The notes: generated by a model not told the origin, from the sequence alone. A stretch of DNA of 64,000 nt from an uncultured Bdellovibrionales bacterium (GCA_964451495.1 CAYVHS010000003.1:24826-88825); one strand, 5' to 3'; positions 9,792-19,143 are shown, counted from the stretch's first letter. A program made the numbers and translations.

Positions 9792-10595
9792 CTACCTGAA
9801 CTCCTTGTAGAGAAAGGTTATCCCAAACACAGCCAGCATAATCAGCACGATGGTGCCTCCCGTTGACAGATTGAGGAAAAACGAGACGAAAATTCCTGAA
9901 AGAACAGAAAAAAATGAGATTGCTTCTGCCACTATGATTGTTTTTGCAAAACTCGTCCGCCACTGGAGCGCCGTCACCACTGGAATCACGATAAGCGCCG
10001 CGATGAGTAGTACGCCCACTATCGGAATAGCCAGAGACACAGTCAGCGCGGACAAAACGATGAGCACGGTATTCACGAGACGAGTCGGGATACCACTCAC
10101 ACGAGCCGCTTCTTCATCAAAAGTCACATACACGAGCTCTTTATAGAACAAGGAGAGGAGTACTGCCACTATTATTGCAAGCGTACTAATCACATACACG
10201 TCAGTCATCGTAACCGTCACGATACTCCCGAACAGATAATTGAAGAGATTTGTATTAAATCCATGTGCAAGAGAAAGAAGGACAACAGCGAGGGCGAGAC
10301 TCCCCGAAAGGAAAAGCGCGAGGGCTGATTCTCCATAAATTTTCTTTGAATTCCGGAGTCGCTCGATACCGAGCGAGGCGAGCACTGTCGTAGCGAGAGC
10401 AGCAAACACTGGCGGAATCCCAAGTAAAATGCCTATAGCAATACCAGCTAAAGACACGTGGGAAAGCGTATCAGCAATCAGCGAGTATCTGCGTAGCACA
10501 AGAAACATACCGATAAGCGGCGCGATAAAGGCGACGATAGCCCCTGCTTCGAGTCCTCGAATGATGAATCCGTATTGAAAAATATCCGTAAGCAT
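9792..10595 (-). CDS. ABC-3 family metal (Zn/Mn) ABC transporter permease (ZnuB-like)
   Basis: 267 aa with 8-9 TM helices and composition typical of ZnuB/MntB permeases. It sits in an operon with an ABC ATPase, a TroA/ZnuA-like binding protein and a Fur-family regulator. Confidence 0.8.
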   Translation of the reverse strand: MLTDIFQYGFIIRGLEAGAIVAFIAPLIGMFLVLRRYSLIADTLSHVSLAGIAIGILLGIPPVFAALATTVLASLGIERLRNSKKIYGESALALFLSGSLALAVVLLSLAHGFNTNLFNYLFGSIVTVTMTDVYVISTLAIIVAVLLSLFYKELVYVTFDEEAARVSGIPTRLVNTVLIVLSALTVSLAIPIVGVLLIAALIVIPVVTALQWRTSFAKTIIVAEAISFFSVLSGIFVSFFLNLSTGGTIVLIMLAVFGITFLYKEFR

Positions 10596-10598
10596 ATG

Positions 10599-11345
10599 TT
10601 ATTCGTTATACCCGCTACCTTTTTTCGCCACCTGAGTCTTGAGATATTCTCCTGGCTCTGTGTAACACGTCAGTGTCCGATCGACACAGATGATATGCAT
10701 CACCTCACGCGTCACCCGGGCGATATCATGAGACACGAGAATCAGCGTCAGATCGAGATCACTATTTAACTTCCGGAGCAACGCATAAAAATCATCCTGC
10801 GTCTCGCGGTCAACACCCGTCGTCGGCTCATCCATGAAAATAACTTCGGGCTGACTCGCAAGTGCGCGTGCGATAAATACCCGTTGTTGTTGTCCTCCCG
10901 AAAGATCTCCGATCAATCGGTCGGCGAATGAGAGCATATCCACTTGACGCAGCGCTTTTTCTGCTTCTTCTCTATCTTCACTCGTGATACGACGAAACAA
11001 TCCTCTCTTGCCGTATCTCCCCATGAGCACTACCCCGCTTACCGTCACAGGAAAATTCACATCGAAACTGGTGGCCTTCTGTGGCACATATCCGATCTTG
11101 TCCCAATCCTTGAAATCCTTGATGTCTTTTCCGAAAAGTCGTATCAAACCTGTACTGGGCGCGAGCAACCCGAGCATGATTTTGAGCAGTGTTGTTTTGC
11201 CTGCGCCATTGGGTCCGATGAGACCGATATAATCCCCCCGATGAATCCCTAGGGTGATATCAGATAACACTTCATTTTTCCCATCATAAGAAAATGATAT
11301 CCCCTCGGCTTCAATGATATTCTTGGTATGGTCTATGCGTTGCAT
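10599..11345 (-). CDS. Metal ABC transporter ATP-binding protein (ZnuC-like)
   Basis: Walker A GPNGAGKTT, ABC signature LSGGQQQRV, Walker B IFMDEPTTGVD. Confidence 0.85.
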   Translation of the reverse strand: MQRIDHTKNIIEAEGISFSYDGKNEVLSDITLGIHRGDYIGLIGPNGAGKTTLLKIMLGLLAPSTGLIRLFGKDIKDFKDWDKIGYVPQKATSFDVNFPVTVSGVVLMGRYGKRGLFRRITSEDREEAEKALRQVDMLSFADRLIGDLSGGQQQRVFIARALASQPEVIFMDEPTTGVDRETQDDFYALLRKLNSDLDLTLILVSHDIARVTREVMHIICVDRTLTCYTEPGEYLKTQVAKKGSGYNE

Positions 11346-12274
11346 TGTAGTGCTGTTTCCAAATGAGTAAGATTCGTCATCATTTCTGTGAAATAGTCCT
11401 TGCCCTGAGATACCTCTTCATCCGTCAGTCCTTCGAGTGGATTGAGGACGAGGGTTTCAGCGCCAATTTCTTGTGCGATAGTTTCTGCAAGTTTCGGACT
11501 TACTAAAGTCTCAAAAAAAATATACTTCACCCCATTCTCCTTCGCAAACGAAGCGACGTTCGTCAGCGCCTTGGCGGATGGTTCTGTATCTGGAGAAATC
11601 CCCGCGATAGACACTTGCTCTAACCCATATGCCACTGCCAAGTGCCCAAAAGCCGCATGCGATGTGACAATCTTTCGACTTTTACAATCTGCCAAACCCT
11701 TCATATAAGCCACATCCAAATCGTGTAGTCGCTCCTGTAGCTTGGCGGCATTGTTCTCATAGTACTCTTTGTTTGCAGGATCAGCCGACGCGAATCCTTC
11801 TGCTATTTTCTCGGTCATTTTTATTACCAAAACAGGCGCGAGCCAGACATGTGGATCAGTGACAGTTTCGCCGTCCTCCATCATCTGTTCTGTCCCTAAT
11901 CCCTCGCTCGCCACGACAAGCACTGTATGCGATGAATCCATATTTTTTTTCAACGCATCTCCCCATGCTTCCAGACCCGCTCCATTCAAAATAATAAGTC
12001 GACTCTTCTCGATGTTCATCATGTCTTGTGGCGTCGGTTCGTACTCATGCGGCTCCGCCCCGGCAGGCGTCAGATTAGATACTATTGCTTTCTGCCCTCC
12101 TATCTCTCCAGCCAAAAAAGCGAGCGGATAAAAACTTGTCACTACTTCGAGCTTCTTATTGTCTGGTAAGATCTCGGTTGATTGCTGTACCGATTTACCT
12201 CGATACACAAAACCCGCTCCGATAATCCCTACCAATATCACCACTCCCACAATGAACACAAAAAATTTCTTCAT
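11333..12274 (-). CDS. Metal-binding lipoprotein/substrate-binding protein of the ZnuA/TroA family
   Basis: 313 aa with an N-terminal signal/TM. Metal-coordinating context (...DPHVWL...HAAFGHLAVAYGL...) typical of cluster-9 solute-binding proteins. It overlaps the ATPase gene by 13 nt. Confidence 0.8.
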   Translation of the reverse strand: MKKFFVFIVGVVILVGIIGAGFVYRGKSVQQSTEILPDNKKLEVVTSFYPLAFLAGEIGGQKAIVSNLTPAGAEPHEYEPTPQDMMNIEKSRLIILNGAGLEAWGDALKKNMDSSHTVLVVASEGLGTEQMMEDGETVTDPHVWLAPVLVIKMTEKIAEGFASADPANKEYYENNAAKLQERLHDLDVAYMKGLADCKSRKIVTSHAAFGHLAVAYGLEQVSIAGISPDTEPSAKALTNVASFAKENGVKYIFFETLVSPKLAETIAQEIGAETLVLNPLEGLTDEEVSQGKDYFTEMMTNLTHLETALQCNA

Positions 12275-12302
12275 ACTTTTCCTTTCTTATCAAATGATCT
12301 AC

Positions 12303-12722
12303 CTACGCACATTTTCTGCAGAGACCGAAAAACTCAAACGAATGTTCGAGGATTTTGAACCCCTCCTTTTTCGCAATCTTCTTTTCCTCGCCACAGAGAG
12401 ATGCCCCGAGATGAACGTCTCTCATATCTCCGCACGAGACACATGTCACATGGTGATGATGTGTCCCTGCCAGCTCGTAGAACGTCGCATCATTCCGAAG
12501 CATTAACTCCTTTATATAACCGCCCTTTTTGAGCGTCTCGATCTCACGATAAATGGTTGTTTTGTTGAATATTTTTTTCTTGACATCCAGTCTCATCTTT
12601 ATCTCCTGCGCCGATACCGGCCGTGAAACGACAAAAAGAAACTTGAGAATCGCTTCTCGTGCGGCTGATTTTCGGAAACCCTTTTCTTGTAATTCACGCA
12701 AAATTGTCTCTATGGTTTTCAT
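12303..12722 (-). CDS. Fur-family transcriptional regulator (Zur-like)
   Basis: 139 aa. A winged-helix N-terminus; HHHHVTCVSCGDMRDVH ... C-terminal CRKCA gives Fur-family metal-site motifs including two CxxC pairs. It is the first gene of the znu-like operon. Confidence 0.8.
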   Translation of the reverse strand: MKTIETILRELQEKGFRKSAAREAILKFLFVVSRPVSAQEIKMRLDVKKKIFNKTTIYREIETLKKGGYIKELMLRNDATFYELAGTHHHHVTCVSCGDMRDVHLGASLCGEEKKIAKKEGFKILEHSFEFFGLCRKCA

Positions 12723-12730
12723 ATTTCATC

Positions 12731-12793
12731 ACGCAACTAAGTTGCATCAAAATCTACCTCTCTATACTAACGCAACTGTGTTGCATGAGTCAA
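12731..12793 (-). promoter_or_regulatory. Promoter of the zur-znu operon with two copies of a 17-bp palindromic operator (ACGCAACTnnGTTGCAT)
   Basis: On the minus strand: -35 TTGACT (12793..12788), a 17-nt spacer containing box 2 (12770..12786, core GCAACtgtGTTGC), -10 TAGTAT near 12769..12764, then box 1 (12731..12747, core GCAACTaAGTTGC) just upstream of the ATG at 12722. Confidence 0.5.
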
Positions 12794-12930
12794 GGGCTTG
12801 TCTCATAGCGATTACACTCTTCTTTATCTACCAATAAGTAGAACGTGACAATCAAAAAAACAGCTCCCTCGATAGGAAGCTGTTTTTGATATAAGAGATA
12901 CCGTTCCACTCTCTGCAACACTCACATATC

Positions 12931-13638
12931 CTAATACCCGACGTAGCGCTCAATCGTAGCTTCTGCCCGGAGAGATTCCACAAACGCCTGGGCTTCTGTA
13001 CTGAATTTCTGTGATTCGAGCTGCTGACGAATTCGCCCACGGAAATCAGCCATATCCACTCCCTTGGTGGGTACTGTTTTGTTGTCTTTGAGATATTGAT
13101 CGATATCTTCTTCGCTCACCTTCACTTTATCGGCCAGTATCTGCTCCAATTGTTTGTTAATCAGAATCTGATCGGTTAAATCCTGTCTCGTCATATTCTG
13201 CTGGAGTAAAGCCGCATCAAGAGATGACCCCTGAGCCACCATCTGATCTTCTACTTTCTTAATTTCCGCAGCGATATCTTCGTTCTTTATTACGATCTGG
13301 AGGCTTTTGGTTTTATCAGCCAACAACTTTTTGGTAATCATGGCATCAAGAACATCTTTTCCGCCCCGTTTTTCCAATTCCTCTACAATACTCAGACGAC
13401 TTATCGGCGTGCCGTTGACGACCGCGGCCACGAACCATCCTTTTTTATTGGAAATGATATACGTACCGAGCAAAACAATGGCCGCTACAAAAAGGAAAAT
13501 CAGCCATGCATTCGTGCTCATTTTTGACTTTCGTGGTTTCGATGCCTGACGAACAGATTGGTTTTCTGGCTTATCCAGAGATACAACTTCTGACTGCTTC
13601 GCCACCACTTCTTCTTTTTTTGGCATTTCATTTTCCAT
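12931..13638 (-). CDS. SurA N-terminal-domain-like periplasmic chaperone-type protein, membrane anchored
   Basis: ORF trimmed to MENEMPKKEE... A single TM anchor, then VAAVVNGTPISRLSIVEELEKRGGKDVLDAMITKKLLADKTK..., typical of the SurA_N / PpiD N-terminal chaperone domain. No PPIase motif was seen. Confidence 0.6.
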   Translation of the reverse strand: MENEMPKKEEVVAKQSEVVSLDKPENQSVRQASKPRKSKMSTNAWLIFLFVAAIVLLGTYIISNKKGWFVAAVVNGTPISRLSIVEELEKRGGKDVLDAMITKKLLADKTKSLQIVIKNEDIAAEIKKVEDQMVAQGSSLDAALLQQNMTRQDLTDQILINKQLEQILADKVKVSEEDIDQYLKDNKTVPTKGVDMADFRGRIRQQLESQKFSTEAQAFVESLRAEATIERYVGY

Positions 13639-13843
13639 ACACGTATGCTTACATATGAATAATTTTATACTATCCCACCCAGTATATCGCAAAATCAAAG
13701 CCTGGGGAAGGGCTTTTACACGAATAAACGCGAATTATTGTCCGCTTAGGGCATAGAAATGACCTCAGAACATATCAAAAAATAAAGGGCTCCACTCACG
13801 ATTTCTCGTAGGGAGCCCTAAAATGGCGACGACAGGCCATCGA

Positions 13844-14254
13844 TTAAGCAAACACTGGATCGCGTACCAGCTGATGTGACCATTGGAATAGTCCTGGCGC
13901 CCAACGTACCGATCCCCTCTCCTGACAAAGAATGTCGATGTCCTCCGTCGCAAAAATGCGAAGCGGCTCATAATCGCCATCCATAGAGCCCTCAAGACTA
14001 AACGCAACCCCGCTTGCAAGATGTACGACAGCCATACGACTCGTTACCATGGCAGAGCGTCGCTCCAGCTGATTCCAGATTTTCTCGAGCATACGCTTGT
14101 CGAGCGTGGCGACAATATCCCCGTTCGTATCAATGGCGGGGAAATGACCGAGGCCGCCACCCTCGAGTTCGAGGAAATGAAACTGCGTGATATGCCAGCC
14201 AGCCAGGTCGTGACCGAACAGATCAGCCAATTTCTTCAGTTGCTTTGGGTCCAT
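13844..14254 (-). CDS. Hypothetical protein
   Basis: 136 aa. A perfect RBS (AGGAGG, 7 nt spacing) precedes the ATG. No recognisable motif. The overlapping plus-strand ORF 14021..14368 has no RBS and is considered spurious. Confidence 0.5.
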   Translation of the reverse strand: MDPKQLKKLADLFGHDLAGWHITQFHFLELEGGGLGHFPAIDTNGDIVATLDKRMLEKIWNQLERRSAMVTSRMAVVHLASGVAFSLEGSMDGDYEPLRIFATEDIDILCQERGSVRWAPGLFQWSHQLVRDPVFA

Positions 14255-14405
14255 GATGGATTACCTCCTTTTGGTTTGCGGTTTGGAAACGTACTATACA
14301 ACGAGAGCACCTTAACATTATGTTTCAAGAAATGTCAATTCCTGCCTACTGATGTAGGCAGGAATTGATTCTTTCTCTGTTCTCCGCCAGCTGGCGAATT
14401 CACTG

Positions 14406-14490
14406 AGGAAAGAGCGGGATTCGAACCCGCGATACCTTGCGGTATGCACGCTTTCCAAGCGTGTGCCTTCGACCACTCGGCCATCTTTCC
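14406..14490 (-). tRNA. tRNA-Ser (anticodon GGA)
   Basis: Reverse complement GGAAAGATGGCCGAGTGGTCGAAGGCACACGCTTGGAAAGCGTGCATACCGCAAGGTATCGCGGGTTCGAATCCCGCTCTTTCCT. A 7-bp acceptor stem, D-arm, anticodon stem CACGC/GCGTG with loop TTGGAAA (anticodon GGA), a long variable arm, and a T-arm GCGGG-TTCGAAT-CCCGC. Confidence 0.8.
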
Positions 14491-14493
14491 TTA

Positions 14494-14754
14494 TTATTCA
14501 ATACTCCCCAGAACGCTCTTTAATAACCACCCTATTCGTTCGCGACCCTTTCCGCTTTTCAAAAATTTCTCTTCCCTGGTCGCATCCTCTTTGCTTGAAA
14601 AGGCCTCATAATATACCAACTTCCAGGGAATGAGATTTTTTGTGAAAGACACTGTACCACTATTATGCTCTTTTAATCTTCTTTTGAGATTATTCGTTAC
14701 ACCCTTGTATAGTCGCTTATTTTTTTCACTTTGAAGAATATAAACATAATACAT
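14494..14754 (-). CDS. GIY-YIG nuclease-domain protein (small, stand-alone)
   Basis: 86 aa. YYVYILQSEKNKRLYKGVTNNLKRRLKEHN is the GIY-YIG signature. It lies immediately beside the tRNA-Ser, a common arrangement. Confidence 0.75.
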   Translation of the reverse strand: MYYVYILQSEKNKRLYKGVTNNLKRRLKEHNSGTVSFTKNLIPWKLVYYEAFSSKEDATREEKFLKSGKGRERIGWLLKSVLGSIE

Positions 14755-14856
14755 AAGGTTCTTTTAAGCCACTCTCCGCCCAAGGCGGACCAGCCTTGGG
14801 CTGGGGCCATCTTTCCTGCTGCGCGCCCAAGAAACAATTCTGGGGCACGAAGTATC

Positions 14857-16284
14857 TTAGCGTATCTCGCGGATTCCGACAAGCTTGAGCGTCTCGTGAT
14901 TCGGCGTCCTGCCATAGAACACGACGGTCTGATCACCAGGAGCGAGTTTGTCGTCTTTCTTGGTGTCCTGCATGAGTCGATCGACGAAACTTTCTGGGGA
15001 TTGATCATTCTCGTAGAGATACGGTGTGACTCCCCAAACAAGCGCGAGTTCACGCCATGTCTGACGACTATTCGTCGCGACAAAAATCTTGCTCTCCGGA
15101 CGGAAGTGCGACAAAAGACGTGCGGTCACTCCGCTGATCGAAACAACGAGCGCAGCCTTGGCATGGAAACTCTGCGCGAGCTCATAGACGCTCCGGATCA
15201 TCGTCGCATACTCGTTCTTAAAATTGAGATCGAGCGCTTTGTAGAGATTATCAAACGGAGATTCTTCCGTCTTCCTAATAATTTCAGCCATCATAGCCAC
15301 CGCCTCTACTGGGTACTTACCCATGGCGGATTCTTCGGAGAGCATCACAGCGTCTGCATGGTCAATCACAGCATTGGACACATCGCTCACCTCGGCGCGG
15401 GTCGGACGAGGATTCTCTGTCATACTCTTGAGCATCTGGGTAGCAACGATGACTGGCTTGGCTGACCGGAGACTCTCGGCGATGATATGCTTCTGGAGAA
15501 TAGCCACTTCACTCGCTGGCATCTCGATACCGAGATCCCCGCGAGCTACCATCACCGCATCCGTCGCTTTCACGATTGATTCGAGATTCTTGATAGCTTC
15601 TTTGCGCTCTATTTTTGCGACGATCTGGGGCAAACGAGCATCTGCACCGAGTACCGCGCGCATCTCTGCCCGAGCCTCTTCGATATCGCTGGCCGATCCG
15701 ACGAATGATAGGCCGACGAAGTCCACACCCTCTTCCAATACGAAATGTAAATCCTTCATGTCTTTTTCCGAAAGAATCGACAGGTCGATTTTCGAATCCG
15801 GCAAAATAACACCTTTGCGATTTTTGATAGTGCCATCATTTTTCGCGACTGCAATGACGAACGTGTCTTGCTTTTCGATAACTGTCAATTCGATCAGTCC
15901 ATCCTCGATGAGAATAGCGTGCTCTATTTCTACTCCCTTGGTAATACCGACCATATCGAGCAAAATAGTCGGCTCTTCTGATGCTGCCAAAGTATCCTTC
16001 TCAGCAATATCACTGACACGCACGCGATCACCCTTCTTCACTTCGAAAGCCTCAGTGACTTCGGTACGGATACGCGGCCCCTGGAGATCAGCCAAAATGC
16101 CGATTGAAACATTCAATTCATCCGATAATGCACGCACGCGATGGATCACTTCTTTGTGCCAAGCATGTTCTCCATGAGAAAAATTGAGACGCACGACGTT
16201 TACCCCGGCCGCGACGAGTTTCGCGAGCATTTCCTTGCTTTCTGATGCCGGACCGACAGTCGCGACGATCTTTGTCTGTTTCAT
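14857..16284 (-). CDS. pyk: Pyruvate kinase
   Basis: 475 aa. MKQTKIVATVGPASE...VVRLNFSHGEH...LADLQGPRIRT are canonical pyruvate kinase motifs. Confidence 0.9.
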   Translation of the reverse strand: MKQTKIVATVGPASESKEMLAKLVAAGVNVVRLNFSHGEHAWHKEVIHRVRALSDELNVSIGILADLQGPRIRTEVTEAFEVKKGDRVRVSDIAEKDTLAASEEPTILLDMVGITKGVEIEHAILIEDGLIELTVIEKQDTFVIAVAKNDGTIKNRKGVILPDSKIDLSILSEKDMKDLHFVLEEGVDFVGLSFVGSASDIEEARAEMRAVLGADARLPQIVAKIERKEAIKNLESIVKATDAVMVARGDLGIEMPASEVAILQKHIIAESLRSAKPVIVATQMLKSMTENPRPTRAEVSDVSNAVIDHADAVMLSEESAMGKYPVEAVAMMAEIIRKTEESPFDNLYKALDLNFKNEYATMIRSVYELAQSFHAKAALVVSISGVTARLLSHFRPESKIFVATNSRQTWRELALVWGVTPYLYENDQSPESFVDRLMQDTKKDDKLAPGDQTVVFYGRTPNHETLKLVGIREIR

Positions 16285-16417
16285 ATCTTCTATGATTTTT
16301 TTAGTTACCGTATAAGTATACTCGAAAAATCGTATATGAGGAAGAAAAAACGGCCGATCTCGCAGAAGAATGATTCTCTTCTTTGAAATCGACCGTGGTT
16401 ATTTGCTGCGGTGGCTA

Positions 16418-16810
16418 TTATTGACAGACCCGAACGGGCTGCATCGCTGGGCGGCCATATACATCGTAGACCAGGCGGCCATAACGATCAGTCGCTTGTT
16501 GTGATGCGATCCAGCACTGCGGCCGCACTACCACTGGTGGTGACGGGGCAATCGCATCGAGTATGGCTAGAGCGGCCACTCCTCCCACTATCGCAGCAGC
16601 AGCATTGTTGCTGTGACCACGATGGTGGTGCGACGACTGATAACCCTGGCCCGTGTAGCTGCCATGGCCATCGCGTCCCGGCGGGCCCGGATAGACATCT
16701 CGCCCATGAGCATGGGCCTTGGTTACGCCGATGATGCTAGCTATCAGCAAAACTGATCCGAACATCGCCATCTTGATAACACGTGCTACATTTATTTTCT
16801 TGGCTTGCAT
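16418..16810 (-). CDS. Small secreted His/Gly/Pro-rich protein (hypothetical)
   Basis: 130 aa with a signal peptide, then HAHGRDVYPGPPGRDGHGSYTGQGYQSSHHHRGH... and two Cys near the C-terminus. The locus (about 16.38-16.81 kb) is conspicuously GC-richer than its flanks. Confidence 0.4.
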   Translation of the reverse strand: MQAKKINVARVIKMAMFGSVLLIASIIGVTKAHAHGRDVYPGPPGRDGHGSYTGQGYQSSHHHRGHSNNAAAAIVGGVAALAILDAIAPSPPVVVRPQCWIASQQATDRYGRLVYDVYGRPAMQPVRVCQ

Positions 16811-16962
16811 GATTGTCTCCTGAAAAAATGGCAGCGTATGTGCCGGACTGAAATTGAATAGGTTGTCAAAAAACTACTCGACCCTATATTATACACCCAA
16901 AAACACCAACTGTCAAGGATAAATTGTTATTTTTGGCTTGAATGAAGTGTTTTGAGCAAAAA

Positions 16963-16991
16963 GAAAACAAGCCCCGCAAGGCTTGTTTTTG
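16963..16991 (-). terminator. Intrinsic terminator (hairpin ACAAGCC-ccgca-GGCTTGT with flanking A/T runs), downstream of the 17008..17550 gene
   Basis: aaaacaagccccgcaaggcttgttttt. On the minus strand a T-run follows the stem. Confidence 0.55.
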
Positions 16992-17007
16992 GCTATCTCC
17001 AAAAAAA

Positions 17008-17550
17008 CTAATTCTTGTAGACTTCCTTGATCTGGAACATGATGTATCCGCCGATGATAGCACCGATGATAGCATTCACAAGATGAATCCCGACGATACT
17101 TCCGACGATACTCACAATCATCGCATAAAACATCAAGCGCCATGCACCGCGAGTCCGTTTGAATAGCCCTGGGAGAGCGATAGCCTGCAAAACAAGCGCC
17201 GCCAAAGAGAACAAAAGACTGATAATAGCCGTGGCGCCGCCACCCAAAACGAGCAATGGAGAAACAACCAGCACGAGAATAGTCGCCGGGATAGCAAAAA
17301 TAATACCGAGAATGACCAAATATGGAGAAATCTTTGCAATAAGCTCCTTGCCTCCCATTGGAATCTGAAACGGAGCCTTCTTGATCATGTACTCATCGAG
17401 AAATGTTTCGAGTTGTCCGAGAAGTCCTTTCACATCAGAAACGGTCTTATTTTCTGCTTCCGATGCTGGAGCAGCTGGTGCCGGCTCTGGGTTCGACTGG
17501 TTGTTATGCGTCTCTTCCATAGTGTTTTCTCGCTCCCTCTCCGTTTGCAA
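17008..17550 (-). CDS. Hypothetical membrane protein (Pro/Ala-rich N-terminus, 3-4 TM helices)
   Basis: 180 aa with hydrophobic helices in the C-terminal two thirds. No motif recognised. Confidence 0.5.
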   Translation of the reverse strand: MQTERERENTMEETHNNQSNPEPAPAAPASEAENKTVSDVKGLLGQLETFLDEYMIKKAPFQIPMGGKELIAKISPYLVILGIIFAIPATILVLVVSPLLVLGGGATAIISLLFSLAALVLQAIALPGLFKRTRGAWRLMFYAMIVSIVGSIVGIHLVNAIIGAIIGGYIMFQIKEVYKN

Positions 17551-17599
17551 ACGAATTCGGACGCGAAACGTATTATTAATAATGACTTTACCTTCTTAT

Positions 17600-18100
17600 C
17601 TATAGTATATCCCCCTCTTCGAGTTCGCGCAAAATCTCTTCTGGTATCGGACTACGCTTGGGGCTCACTCCGGGATAACGCCAGGCGCTGATAATCTTCA
17701 AACCACCATTAGCAGATAACAAGTAATGGGGATTTTTACCCTCTTTTATTATCTCTTGTTGTCTGTCTATCTGTCCGGTAGACTGGTTTTTTGTTATCTG
17801 TGTTTGAAACATCACCCAGATCTCCTGTTTCCAAACCTCTTTACCGTTTACGATTTTGGATGATACCGGCTGCATCACCGCGACGGTATGTTTCACGATG
17901 CCTTCTTCGCGACGCCTAGGATTACGTATCACGCCGCGCACTTTCTGTGCCGATAGACCGTACTGTTTCATCTTGTACTCTGCATGTACCGTAAACCTAC
18001 ACACGCCACCCGCACCGGACGCTTTCTTTTTTTGTTTTTCGAGAAATCGTTCTCGGGCCTTCTTTGCAAATTCCTGGTAGGGTGAGGGCATAAAGCACAA
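17600..18100 (-). CDS. Hypothetical protein
   Basis: 166 aa, basic and non-membrane, with no recognisable motif. Confidence 0.4.
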   Translation of the reverse strand: MCFMPSPYQEFAKKARERFLEKQKKKASGAGGVCRFTVHAEYKMKQYGLSAQKVRGVIRNPRRREEGIVKHTVAVMQPVSSKIVNGKEVWKQEIWVMFQTQITKNQSTGQIDRQQEIIKEGKNPHYLLSANGGLKIISAWRYPGVSPKRSPIPEEILRELEEGDIL

Positions 18101-18166
18101 AAATCAAAACACAAAGAAAAAAACTCCAAAGCACGTGTATTTTTTGTATTCTGTGTTTTGTGTTTT

Positions 18167-19063
18167 TTAAGAAAGATTCATTCCTCGAAGCGCAGCCACG
18201 CGATCCTCAATGGGTGGATGCGTCATGAACAACCTTGAGACTTTTTTGCCCTTGAAGGGGTTCGAGATATACAGCGAGGCCGTAGCGCGGTTGGCCGCTT
18301 CGAGCGGTTCCGTATCACCGGAAATCTTTTCCAAAGCACGAGCGAGTCCCTCAGGATAACGCGTTAGTAGAGCCCCGGAAGCATCAGCGAGAAACTCACG
18401 CTTGCGAGAAATCGCCATCTGCATGAGCATCGTCGCTAGTGGCGCCAAGATCGAAAGCACTATGGCAGCAATGAAGAAAAGCATCTGGGCCTGACCACTC
18501 CGATTGTCATCATTATTCCGCCCACCGAAAAACGCAAAGTGTCGGAACCAATCCGCCAAAAGAGCTACAAAACCCACAAGGATGACCACGACAGTCGAAA
18601 CAAGCGTGTCGCGGTTGCCGATATGCGAAAGCTCATGAGCTATCACGCCTTCAAGCTCGCTTTTTTCCAAACGCGCGATGATGCCCGTCGTGAGACAAAT
18701 GACCCCGTGCTCTGGATCACGCCCTGTAGCAAATGCATTGAGCGCCGTGTCCTCAATCGTATAAATTTTCGGTACGGGCAGTCCGGCGGTGATAGCCAGA
18801 TTCTCCACGAGACGATAGAGCTCTTTGTTGCTTTCAAATTCCACCGGTTTAGCATCACTCATCGAAAGCACGATGCGGTCGCTCCACCAATACGACGCGA
18901 TGCTCATGATAGTCGAAAAGGCGACCGCCACATAAAGAACGGTGCTCGACCCCATCGCCCCAGCAAAGACATAGCCAACGCCGATGACGAAAACCAAAAA
19001 CCCAGTCAGGTAGACCCACGTCAGCCGGCTATTTTTATCATAACTTGTATAGAGTGTTGTCAT
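18167..19063 (-). CDS. htpX: Zinc metalloprotease HtpX (M48 family)
   Basis: 298 aa. TM helices plus HELSHIGNRD (HExxH) and a downstream Glu motif. Confidence 0.85.
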   Translation of the reverse strand: MTTLYTSYDKNSRLTWVYLTGFLVFVIGVGYVFAGAMGSSTVLYVAVAFSTIMSIASYWWSDRIVLSMSDAKPVEFESNKELYRLVENLAITAGLPVPKIYTIEDTALNAFATGRDPEHGVICLTTGIIARLEKSELEGVIAHELSHIGNRDTLVSTVVVILVGFVALLADWFRHFAFFGGRNNDDNRSGQAQMLFFIAAIVLSILAPLATMLMQMAISRKREFLADASGALLTRYPEGLARALEKISGDTEPLEAANRATASLYISNPFKGKKVSRLFMTHPPIEDRVAALRGMNLS

Positions 19064-19109
19064 ATATTTGATTCAGATGGATTGCTCCTCTATTCTAAGA
19101 TACAAACGG

Positions 19110-19143
19110 AAGAAAAGAAAACAGGCGCTAAAAAGCGCCTGTT
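19110..19143 (-). terminator. Intrinsic terminator after lemA (ACAGGCGCT-aaaa-AGCGCCTGT plus T-run on the minus strand)
   Basis: aaaacaggcgctaaaaagcgcctgtt, preceded on the plus strand by a tttcttttct run. Confidence 0.6.

Noticed and set aside
14021-14368. 115-aa plus-strand ORF next to the tRNA-Ser
   Set aside because: It overlaps the minus-strand ORF 13844..14254, which has a perfect AGGAGG RBS. The plus ORF has none.
15323-16177. 284-aa plus-strand ORF
   Set aside because: It lies entirely inside, and antisense to, the well-supported pyruvate kinase gene. Its Ser/Ala/Arg-rich composition is typical of a GC-rich antisense frame.
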